Made by a program: the position numbers and the translations under genes. 64,000 nt of DNA from Nymphaea colorata. Lineage: Eukaryota. The stretch's first letter is position 1; each line of letters begins with the position of its first letter. Location of the stretch: NCBI RefSeq assembly GCF_008831285.2, contig NC_045138.2, forward strand, positions 19,840,001 through 19,904,000, given 5' to 3'. Below, in pieces: positions 1-9,819 of this stretch. The notes under the pieces are model-generated. The model had not been told where the DNA came from, made no database searches, and saw only the letters and a list, made by a program, of their open reading frames with translations.

Positions 1-259
1 GAGTATTTGAAAGGATTGCTCATGGAAATAATTGGATGCATCACAAAAAAATGATAAAATGAAAAAATAAATAAATAAATAGTTTATTTTTTGGTGTGTC
101 CCCACCCATGTCCCATACCCATATCCGCATGTCGGCGTGCCAGAGCGGGTATGTGGGCTATATGACAAGCAGCTTTCAAGCCCTTGTCTCAAATCAGGTG
201 TTATATGACAAATAGACCATGCTTTCTATGACCAGATCTTCTAGTCAAATTACTCAAAC

Positions 260-508
260 TGTAGAGATACGAACAAGAAGAAGAGGAAGAGAAGCAATGA
301 TCACGATGTAACGTGGAAAACCCTCGACACGAGGGAGAAAAAACCACGAATGAGGAGGAGTTGGTGCCCACTAGCAGCCAGACTCTCTCTCTCTTAAGAT
401 TATCATTAACTCTTAAGGATTAGGGTTACATGACTTAAGTAGAGCCCAAAACGGGCTACAAGGCGGGTCGGGTATGGATCCGGACCCGAAACCCACAATC
501 TATCAACA
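260..508 (-). repeat. 3' LTR of the copia element
   Basis: 249-bp direct repeat of 5309-5557, adjacent to the PPT. Confidence 0.97.
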
Positions 509-3500
509 CTCCCCCTCAAGTTGGGCGTACATATCAAACATGCCCAACTTGGATACATTCCTCTCAAATGAAGCTGAAGGAAGAGCTTTCGTCAGAACAT
601 CAACAGTTTGGTCTTCAGACTTCATGTAAGGTAAGATCAACTCTTTCGCATCAATCCTTTCCCGAATGAAGTGACGATCAATTTCAACATGTTTTGTTCT
701 GTCGTGAAGTACAGGATTGTTGGCTAAGTTGATTGCAGACTTGTTATCACAATACATCTTCATAGGTCCTTCAATCTCTATTCCAATGTCAGTCAACAAT
801 ATCTTCAACCATAATAACTCTGACACTCCCATAGCAACTGCCCTATATTCTGCCTCTGCACTGGATCTAGAGCAAACATCCTGTCTCTTGCTCCTCCATA
901 CAACAAGGTTTCCTCCCAAGTAGACACAGTACCCTGTAGTGGATCGTCTGGTATCACCACAACCTGCCCAATCCGCATCAGAATAGCCCTCGATTTCCAC
1001 AGTCTCTTGTTTCACATACAGGAGTCCCTTACCAGGATTTTTCTTCAGGTAGCATAGCACTCTGTCCACAGCCTTCAGATGTGCATCGATTGGCGCATGC
1101 ATGAATTGGCTCAAAACATTCACCGCAAAGGTGATATCAGGTCTCGTGAGGATAAGATAAATTAGCTTCCCAACCAAACGTTGATATCTTCCCTTGTCTT
1201 CTTCACAGAGAGGCTCTCCATCTCTAAGACTCAACTTGTGCCCAGTGTCAAAAGGGGTAGGAGTAGGTCTACATCCCAATTTACCAGTTTCTTCCAGCAG
1301 GTCTAATGTATATTTCCTTTGGTTTAGTACAAGACCAGTACTAGACCTAGCAACCTCCATACCAAGAAAATACCTTAGTTTTCCAAGATCTTTGAGGTCG
1401 AATTCTGTAGCCAGTAACCCTTTTAGCTTGATAATCTCCTCCTCATCATCTCCAGTAACAATCATGTCATCTACGTAGACGAGCAGGAGAGTAACCTTGC
1501 TCTCCTTCTTCTTCACAAACAGAGTGTGATCTCCATTTCCTTGTTTGTATCCATGACGTATCATCACTCTTCTCAGTCGTTCAAACCACGCTCTGGGCGA
1601 TTGCTTAAGGCCATACAATGCCTTTTTCAGCTTACAACACATTTCTGGTTTTTCATATCCTGGAGGCATATGCATATATACTTCTTCTTCGAGGTCACCA
1701 TTGAGGAATGCATTCTTAACATCCAGTTGATACATCTTCCACTCCTTCATCACAGCTAGGGATATAACCACCCTCACAGTCTTCATTTTCGCAACAGGAG
1801 CAAAGGTTTCCAAGTAATCAATTCCATATTTCTGGCTAAACCCCTTGGCCACAAGTCGAGCTTTATATCTTTCAACACTCCCATCTGGTTTGTACTTGAT
1901 GGTATACACCCATTTGGATCCAACTAGGTGAGCGGCTTCAGGAATCTTCACCACTTCCCATGTCAAGTTTCTTCTTAGGGCATCTATTTCTTCTTTCATT
2001 GCATCGGCCCACTTGGAGTCACTTTGAGCTTCAGCGACAGTCCTGGGAATCACAGCCAAAGAAAGAGTAGAAACAAAGCACTTGTAATCTTTCCCAAGTC
2101 TGGAATAAGAAACAAAATTACCAATGGGGTGTTGAGTACATGACCTGACACCCTTTCTCAGGGCAATGGGAAGATCGTCATTCTTCTTTTCAACCTCATC
2201 ATGGGTCTCCACGGTCTCCTCGGTAGGACTTGGTTCATCCAGGAAAGGAGTGGCATTGGGATTGGAAGTAGATCTAGCATCACAAGTCATCACCTCTGTC
2301 CGAGTACCTCGTCTAGAGTAGAACTGTCCAAACAACTGAGGGCCTTCCTTCTCAATGCTATTGTCACCCCTTTCCTCCTTCTCAGGCACATCAACAGTAT
2401 TAAGTGATTCTGTTTTCTTGTAGTCCAAAAAATCTATAAACTGAAGTCCCTGTCTCTGAGAATACTCTTCCCTGCCCACAGGCTGCTCCCCCTGAAGAGG
2501 ATTCGCACCAAAGTAAGAGGCATGTTCCAAGAAGGTAACATCCCTCGTAACATAAGCTCGACCAGTAATAGGATCAATACATTTGTATCCTTTTTGCGTA
2601 GGGGAGTATCCAACAAAGACACCTTTGATAGACCTAGGATCAAGTTTCTTGACATTTGGACTGTGATCATGGATAAAACATACACAACCAAAAACACGAG
2701 GAGGAAGAGGAAATGGTGGACGACTGCCAGGAAGCAACGAGTGGGGAGTCCTACCATTCAAAACACGACTGGGCATGCGGTTAATAAGATAGGCACTAGT
2801 AAGAACTGCATCACCCCAATAGTGTTTAGGAAGATTTCTCTGAAACAAAAGAGCCCTGGTGACATTAAGAAGTTGACGATTTTTCCTTTCAGCTACCCCA
2901 TTTTGAGGGGGGGTGTAACTACAGGATGTCTCGTGAACAATCCCCCGTTGTCTAAGAAACTCCTCAACAGGCCGACACATGTACTCACGGGCATTATCGG
3001 ACCTGAAAGTTTTAACATTCGCACCATACTGGGTATGCACAAGAAGAATAAATGTCTCGATGATTCGAGGAACCTCGCTGCGGTCTTTTAACAAGTATAT
3101 AAATGTAGCACGAGAGAAATCATCAATGAAAGTGATAAAATACTGGAAACCTTGACGGGTATGAATGCCCGAAGGTCCCCATACATCAGAGTGAATCAAA
3201 GAAAAAACTTCATTAGCACAACTAGAAGAAAGAGGGTATGAAGCCCTCACATGTTTGGCAAACTGACAAACATCACAAGAAATGGAAGACACATCAAAGG
3301 AGGAACACAAGTCTGGAAACAAATGTTTCAAAATCCCAAAAGGTAAATGCCCAAAACGTTCATGCCAGTACATAAAAGACTGAAGACAATCTTCTCTTCT
3401 CTTATCTGTCTTGCGGATCGCTGTCAACAGAGCAGTAGCCACACGTATGGGAAGACGATATAATCCATCAGAAGCTAAACCAATCCCAATCCTCTTCCCT

Positions 3501-4828
3501 GTCACCAAGTCCTGCAAAACACAACGATCGGCAGAGAATATAAGTTCACAATTCAATTCTTTAGTAAGTCTACTGACTGATAAGAGATTTAAAGGAAACT
3601 GGGGAACATGTAAAGCGCCCTGCACATGAAATTTGTCCAACAAGGACAGAGTGCCTTCGCCTGCCACACAGGTAGAGGAACCATCTGCAAGAGAAACACG
3701 TTCCCTTCCCGAGGACAACTTATACTCATGAAACAATTTTGGATTACCTGTCATGTGATGAGTAGCACCACTATCTACAATCCATTCCCCCACAGAAGAG
3801 TTACCTTGATTGCCAATAGCTGCAAGAGCATGATTAGCTGTAGTTCCCTCTGAGGTCTCAGTCTTGTTGACATCGAGCCTGCCCAAATAAGCCCTTAGTT
3901 CACGAAGCTGGTCAGCAGAAATGGAGACTTTTTCTCCACTAGAGGCTTGCACCTCAGACACGGGCGTTCTCCCAGTCAAAGATCTCCCTCTGTTCCCCTT
4001 CTTTTCTGGATGAAGATCCCAGCAATAATCCACAGTGTGACCTGTCTTCTTGCAGTGAGTGCACCGGCGAAGAGACCTAGATGGGCCGCCAAGACCACGA
4101 CTCACGAGAGCAGATCTCTCGTTATAGGGCACAAGTTCCCTCTTCCCTTCTTTTGTAACAAGCCTTCTCTGTTCTTCCGCTTCAACACAGGAGTACACAT
4201 CTTCAATACTGGACACCTCCCCTGAATTCAAAATCTGACTTCGAACACCTTCAAACTCATCATTTAAACCTGCTAAAAATAAAAACACCCTGTTTTCCCA
4301 TTCATGAGCAACATAGAGCGCCTGATCATGGGGACAATGCCAAGGAATATCAGAATGATAGTCAAGCTCTTCCCACTTGGCTTTCAAAGCCCCATAGTAC
4401 TCTGCAACAGACGAGGTCCCTTGTCGAATGCCATAGACTGTCTTCATTACTTGGTAAGTACGAATTGCGGTCTTCTTTTGGCCATACATTTGCTCGAGGA
4501 CCACCCACATGTCTCTAGCAGTCTTCTTCCGAAGGATAAGGGGCTGAATATCGGCGGAAACGGAATTGACAATCCAAGTTTTCACTTGATTATCCTCAAG
4601 AAACCAAGTATGCCACACATCACTTGTTCTTGCTGGTTCGGGGTTGCTCCCATCAATATAGGCCATGCGACCACGGCCAGCAATCCCCATGGTCATAGCA
4701 GGCGACCACGAGAAATAATTATCCTTGGTGAGGCGAAGAGTGATGACCTGCATGGGAACATTCTCAGTTCTAAAAGCCCCTATTTCAGTGGGATTGGTGT
4801 TGACGGTTGACGAGGAAGAGGCTGCCAT
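503..4828 (-). CDS. Copia Gag-Pol polyprotein (first ATG at 4828, ~1441 aa)
   Basis: Uninterrupted ORF containing the CCHC knuckle CTHCKKTGHTVDYC, protease WIVDSGAT, integrase HHCC (HERFGH..CDVC) and DDE (HSDVWG/FRSDNA/VAERKNR), RT YVDD and RNase H (DADWAG, EAEY, CDN). The stop codon lies inside the 3' LTR. Confidence 0.96.
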   Translation of the reverse strand: MAASSSSTVNTNPTEIGAFRTENVPMQVITLRLTKDNYFSWSPAMTMGIAGRGRMAYIDGSNPEPARTSDVWHTWFLEDNQVKTWIVNSVSADIQPLILRKKTARDMWVVLEQMYGQKKTAIRTYQVMKTVYGIRQGTSSVAEYYGALKAKWEELDYHSDIPWHCPHDQALYVAHEWENRVFLFLAGLNDEFEGVRSQILNSGEVSSIEDVYSCVEAEEQRRLVTKEGKRELVPYNERSALVSRGLGGPSRSLRRCTHCKKTGHTVDYCWDLHPEKKGNRGRSLTGRTPVSEVQASSGEKVSISADQLRELRAYLGRLDVNKTETSEGTTANHALAAIGNQGNSSVGEWIVDSGATHHMTGNPKLFHEYKLSSGRERVSLADGSSTCVAGEGTLSLLDKFHVQGALHVPQFPLNLLSVSRLTKELNCELIFSADRCVLQDLVTGKRIGIGLASDGLYRLPIRVATALLTAIRKTDKRREDCLQSFMYWHERFGHLPFGILKHLFPDLCSSFDVSSISCDVCQFAKHVRASYPLSSSCANEVFSLIHSDVWGPSGIHTRQGFQYFITFIDDFSRATFIYLLKDRSEVPRIIETFILLVHTQYGANVKTFRSDNAREYMCRPVEEFLRQRGIVHETSCSYTPPQNGVAERKNRQLLNVTRALLFQRNLPKHYWGDAVLTSAYLINRMPSRVLNGRTPHSLLPGSRPPFPLPPRVFGCVCFIHDHSPNVKKLDPRSIKGVFVGYSPTQKGYKCIDPITGRAYVTRDVTFLEHASYFGANPLQGEQPVGREEYSQRQGLQFIDFLDYKKTESLNTVDVPEKEERGDNSIEKEGPQLFGQFYSRRGTRTEVMTCDARSTSNPNATPFLDEPSPTEETVETHDEVEKKNDDLPIALRKGVRSCTQHPIGNFVSYSRLGKDYKCFVSTLSLAVIPRTVAEAQSDSKWADAMKEEIDALRRNLTWEVVKIPEAAHLVGSKWVYTIKYKPDGSVERYKARLVAKGFSQKYGIDYLETFAPVAKMKTVRVVISLAVMKEWKMYQLDVKNAFLNGDLEEEVYMHMPPGYEKPEMCCKLKKALYGLKQSPRAWFERLRRVMIRHGYKQGNGDHTLFVKKKESKVTLLLVYVDDMIVTGDDEEEIIKLKGLLATEFDLKDLGKLRYFLGMEVARSSTGLVLNQRKYTLDLLEETGKLGCRPTPTPFDTGHKLSLRDGEPLCEEDKGRYQRLVGKLIYLILTRPDITFAVNVLSQFMHAPIDAHLKAVDRVLCYLKKNPGKGLLYVKQETVEIEGYSDADWAGCGDTRRSTTGYCVYLGGNLVVWRSKRQDVCSRSSAEAEYRAVAMGVSELLWLKILLTDIGIEIEGPMKMYCDNKSAINLANNPVLHDRTKHVEIDRHFIRERIDAKELILPYMKSEDQTVDVLTKALPSASFERNVSKLGMFDMYAQLEGEC

Positions 4829-5308
4829 AATCACAGACCAGTAGGCTGCAAGGGCAGCAGGAAGCAATCACACGATACAACACCAAAAAACGGACAGAGA
4901 GCAGGAAACGGAACCAGGCAAAGCGGCGCGGCGCTGGGCGGGAACAGACCAGGCAGTCGGCGCGGCGCTGGGCGGAAACAGACCAGGCAGAGCGGCACGG
5001 CGCCGGAAAAGGACACGGCGTTGGGCGGAAAAAGACCGCCGCTGGACAGGTCGTCGTTTGGGCAGGCCGACGCTGGGCGGAAGCGGCTGAACGGGAACGC
5101 CGCTGGGCAGGGCGTCGCTGGGCGGAAGTAGCGGATTCCTGAGCGGCGCTGATCAGGGCGGCGCTGGGCGGAGACGGCGGCGGGACGACAGACGACGCTC
5201 GGGCACGAGCGTCGGGCACGGGCGAGACGATGAACAGTGCCGGGCGATTCTCCTCTAACACGGGCAAAAGACAACCAGAAACGCCGGAACTTCACGGCTC
5301 TGATACCA

Positions 5309-5557
5309 TGTAGAGATACGAACAAGAAGAAGAGGAAGAGAAGCAATGATCACGATGTAACCTGGAAAACCCTCGACACGAGGGAGAAAAAACCACGAAT
5401 GAGGAGGAGTTGGTGCCCACTAGCAGCCAGACTCTCTCTCTCTTAAGATTATCATTAACTCTTAAGGATTAGGGTTACATGACTTAAGTAGAGCCCAAAA
5501 CGGGCTACAAGGCGGGTCGGGTATGGATCCGGACCCGAAACCCACAATCTATCAACA
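5309..5557 (-). repeat. 5' LTR of the copia element
   Basis: 249-bp direct repeat of 260-508, adjacent to the PBS. Confidence 0.97.
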
Positions 5558-5603
5558 CAAACTAAACTAGAAATGAGGATCAATATAAAGAAATAATTTG
5601 TAC

Positions 5604-8442
5604 CTGAAAGAGAAGTATTAGAATGACAAGCAAGACTCCGAGGAACATTGAAGTGCTATAGTAAAACGGCACCCACTGGCTGGCCACTGGTGCCAAAAGC
5701 AATATGACAAGCCCAAGACCAAGGAAAAGCAAGCGCCATTGCTGTACAACTGCAATACCAATTAACTCTTACATCATACGTACAAGAATAAAGTCAAATT
5801 TACAGTAAAAGACATTCCTACCAACCTTCTTCAAGAGAAATGGTAATAAAGCCTGTTAATCCATCCATGAACTTGACATCTATGTACATTTCTCTATAAG
5901 GTGATGTAAAAGTGCTCCAGTAACCATCTTGGATGGACTTCCATTCATTTTCTGGGCATTGACAATGAGCAACAGAAGCATTCCTGTGCATATTGTGCAA
6001 CCATATTTAGTTTTCCTCCCATGAAAACATTCTCTGCATCAATTTCATAAAACAATTCTGAATAGAAATTGATAATGCATGGTAATCCAGGAACAGCTTT
6101 TAGGAGAACAGTTGAGGATACAAAATGTGTGTCCCAGATCCATAAAATAAAACAAAAGAAATGGATGAAAAATGGAGAAATAAAAATATGGCAAAGGATA
6201 GGTCTAGGCATTGAAGTTTTGTCCTTAAATCCCATGAATGGTTGCCTATTTTGTTCTATTTTAGTCAATTAAAAATCTTTTCACAAAGCCAAGTCCCTTA
6301 GAAAACTACAAGCATTTTTTTCCTTTTTTTTAGGCAAACTGCAGAATTACCTTGAGTTGTCTCCAGAACCTCTACATTAAGAAAATGTATTCTACTGAGC
6401 CATTATATTAAACAAATATCCACTCTCACCTGTGAAGACATACACCAATCTTTCCATAATTCTTTTCTGGTATTCCTTCTGAAGGCTTCAACGCAATGTG
6501 GAATGCATTTGCATACCTTCTGATATTTGTTCTTGACAATCCAGAGACCTTGGCACGCTTACATGCAGAGAAAGCACCAGCTTTGCCACCAGGCAATAAT
6601 TTAGGCTGACCAGTTGGGACCAAGAGAACAGTAGGGTTCTCCAAGCTAATGCCTGCAATAAAATAAATCCGCGACCATCAAATGCAAAAGATTTAATTAA
6701 TTACAAAGTCACAAGACCTAATCATTTACCTGACTATCATGAAGCAGGCATTATTGAAGCACCAATGACTGTGTGTATAAAAATTTATTTGCAGTTAAAA
6801 TAACAATATAGATTAAGGAAATGGGTTACCCTACATGAGACACAAACACTCGTTGCAGTAACTCTACCACTAATTGATGTAAGATGGCGCAATGTTAAGC
6901 CACCTCATAAAACCTCAAACTACTCATTAGTACTATTGCATTTATTTGTGATTATCTGCACAATTGCACTTAAGTAGCGAACATCTATAATACACAAATC
7001 AAACCCAAGCATAATTCCACCTTCATTCATGTTTTTCTTACTCTTTAAAGCTTGAGTAACAAAAACAGACTAACTAAAGGTCCATCATCCACAAGAGAAA
7101 ATACTGCACCATGCATAGATAGAAAGAGTCGAAACTGTAATGAAAAAGCTGCATTAACTGGTTGTGGGTGCACAAAAAAAGTGAGTAAAATCACCTCAAC
7201 TCACAATCACACACTTAAGAGCAAAAGATGGGCCTCCAGTATCGACTTTAATCTCACAAACACAACTCATACGCAAAAGGAAAGTAGTACTTCAACTAAC
7301 AAAGGACTTGTCTAAACACCTTACCGGCATAAATTTACAGCAGGCAGTTAAACCCCTTAAGTAGAGAAAGAAGGAGAATCTCTGAGATCCAAAAAAATAG
7401 AAATAGAAAATAGCAAAAAGAAAAATCGAAGCAAAGAAAATAGGATACAGAATAACTAAAAATGGGACACCCCCACAACGCAAGCGTAAGCTTAACTCCT
7501 TTCAAATGTTCCTTAAACAGTCACACCACATTTTCTGCTCTCTTATATGAACCATGAAGGTTTATTTATTTGTATTCCTAGTGCTAGTTTTCAACGTCCC
7601 AACAATCTCATTCGCTCAAAACTGTACGCTATGTCGCACACTAAATCTAAAATCAAGCGCTTCATCTAAAAAAACATCACATTCCACGTGAAGAACCCGG
7701 CACCAGTTAATCAATTCAAGAATAAAAAACCGTTCCCCACAAAAAATCTCATACTAATTTCGTTCCAGAAATGGGAAACGAAAATTTTAACGCTCAAAGA
7801 TTGGCACGTCTCGTCCCAAATGTTTGAACAAATGAAACAGAAAGTTAAGTTGCGCAGACAATAACCAGGTCCCGATCCTTGCGGAATAGATTTCTCAATA
7901 ACAATTCAATTTTAAGTACGGGGTTAACGTCAACCACCAGAAAACGGAGGCGCTGAATCCAAAGCGTGCACGGAGGCAAAATGAAAAAACATGGCATTTG
8001 GGTGGGCTTCTTGAGGTCCCTCCGTGCAGTATCCAGCTTCGACCGTCCCCAAAGGAAGGCCCCACTAGTCAATCTCGTGTTATACAGCTACCAAAAGAGA
8101 CCCCAAAGTTCAAGGGAAAAAAAAAATTTCCAAGGAACGCACCAAATTCCCAACCAATAAGGAGACGCAAAGTCCTAAACCCCATGTATCAACCCAAAAC
8201 TCTCCTATAACCCCCAAAAAAACACGAAAAAAAAACTCGAAGAACATGAACATAATCAAAGACTATGATCCTTGAGGATGCATAAAACCCTAACTCGACC
8301 AGCGCTTAAGATATTTATATGAGAAAATTCGAGTCGGAAACTCACCAACAACCTGGATATCGTCGTCTGCTAGGGCTAGCAATCCCAAGGGAGCAAGACA
8401 AAGGAAGAGGAAGACGACGATGGAGAAACCAGCAGACGCCAT
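5604..8442 (-). CDS. NEMP/TMEM194 (DUF2215, PNET2-like) inner nuclear membrane protein, 5' part; remaining exons lie left of the window
   Basis: Phase-consistent GT-AG exons at 8442-8346, 6652-6430, 5983-5826 and 5749-5604. They encode a signal peptide (MASAGFSIVVFLFLCLAPLGLLALA), then ..IGVCLHRNASVAHCQCPENEWK..SPYREMYIDVKF..QQWRLLFLGLGLVILLLAPVASQWVPFYYSTSMFLGVLLVILILLFQ, matching the plant NEMP family from recall. Confidence 0.88.
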
Positions 8443-9688
8443 TGGTGCGCCGACTTGGCCCACACGAGTGCCTGTGCTTCACATTTACGCGCGGGAGAGT
8501 CCCAAGTCTCCAGTGTCACCGGAGTTCCGACGCCTTAGTCACGAAGAAAGAGTGTCCGCCTGCCAAATGGATCGGACCTTATTTCGAACCGGTTGTGTTT
8601 GAGATTCAATTTGTTTGAAACTGTTAGCGGAATCAAAGATCCCACATTAGAATTTTAGATCCGTAGATTTAAGAGTTAACTCTGACCTCTTTAATTTAAA
8701 TTAATGATTTTTTACATGTAACATGTTAAGATTAAAATCTACTGAAGATCTTTCAAACCACATTCTTTAATGCAGCTTCAGATTTTATCAACAGCTACCT
8801 TGATAAGAATTTTTGCTTTAGTTAGGGAAATTTTTAAAGCCAAGCTCAGAAGAACAAACAGTAATAAAAAACACACCTAGTTTCATATTGTTAAAAATAA
8901 TTAATATCAAATATTTTTGCTAAACAGTTCATTAGATTAATAAAAATCACTAGCGTATCCTTGAAACATGATAAATTTGTTTATTTATTTACAGATGGAC
9001 ACCTTTTAAAGTTTAAAATTTGAACTGTTAATGCCCCTTAACCAGAAACATGATAAATTTCTCTCTCTAGTTTTTAGGTAACACTTTTTTTTTTTTTTTG
9101 CTTTCTTTACATGCTTTATCATGATTTGTTTTCAAAAATGTCTGGTCTGGTGGATTTGCCTATGACTTTTCTTGAGTTTGTCTCATCAAAAGGTTAAGGA
9201 TCAAAACAATAGCTTAAACGTATCTAAACATATTCACAGATACCGTTTAGGTAAAGGTTTAAAAAATAGAAAAATGTAAAAAAAATTATGGAAAATAAAA
9301 TAAATAAAAACTAATAAGACAACATTAAAAAATAAATAGATAAGCAATAAATAAAAATAAAAAATAGAAAAATCAGTTTTTTTTGCATTTAAAAAATATG
9401 AAAAAACACTTGAAATACAAAAACAAAAAAATGTGTTTTTTTTGGCTTTCTTCTCGTTTTAGTTTTTTTTAAGGGCATTTTTTACTGTTTTGTTTTGTTA
9501 GGCTGACTTGTTTTTTTATGTTCTTAACACATTCATTTGTTAGGTTTCAGAGACCTTGTGAAAAGAGGAACACTTTACAGAGATTTTACAGGAAAGAGGA
9601 AAGCAACCCAGAGAAATGGGAACATATAATTTGAAAGATGTGAATATAATTTTTATTTCTTCACTCCTTTGTATATATGTGTATATGT

Positions 9689-9818
9689 TGTGTACACATA
9701 ATATAGCTACACCCAACTTGTCCATTAGCTTGTAGAACACCTCCTATATATATATATATATATTGTGTACACATAATATAGTTACACCCAACTTGTCTAT
9801 TAGCTTGTAGAACACCTC
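9689..9818. repeat. ~55-bp direct duplication separated by (TA)n
   Basis: TGTGTACACATAATATAG(C/T)TACACCCAACTTGTC(C/T)ATTAGCTTGTAGAACACCTC at ~9689-9743 and ~9764-9818. Confidence 0.9.
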
Positions 9819-9819
9819 T

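Larger units (their letters stand above)
260..5557 (-). mobile_element. Full-length Ty1/copia LTR retrotransposon (Ale/Retrofit-like), 5298 bp
   Basis: LTRs at 260-508 and 5309-5557 (249 bp, TG..CA, 1 mismatch at 313/5362). 5-bp TSD CAAAC at 255-259 and 5558-5562. tRNA-iMet PBS TGGTATCAGAGC (minus, 5297-5308). PPT TTGAGGGGGAG (minus, 509-519). Domain order Gag-PR-IN-RT-RH. Lineage is inferred from the small size, short LTRs and single ORF. Confidence 0.97.

Noticed and set aside
717..4810. Many plus-strand ORFs of 68-189 aa
   Set aside because: They are antisense shadows of the copia polyprotein with no recognisable domains.
4785..5346. 160-aa and 171-aa minus-strand ORFs upstream of gag
   Set aside because: They arise from the stop-poor GC-rich leader repeats, have non-ATG starts and encode low-complexity products.
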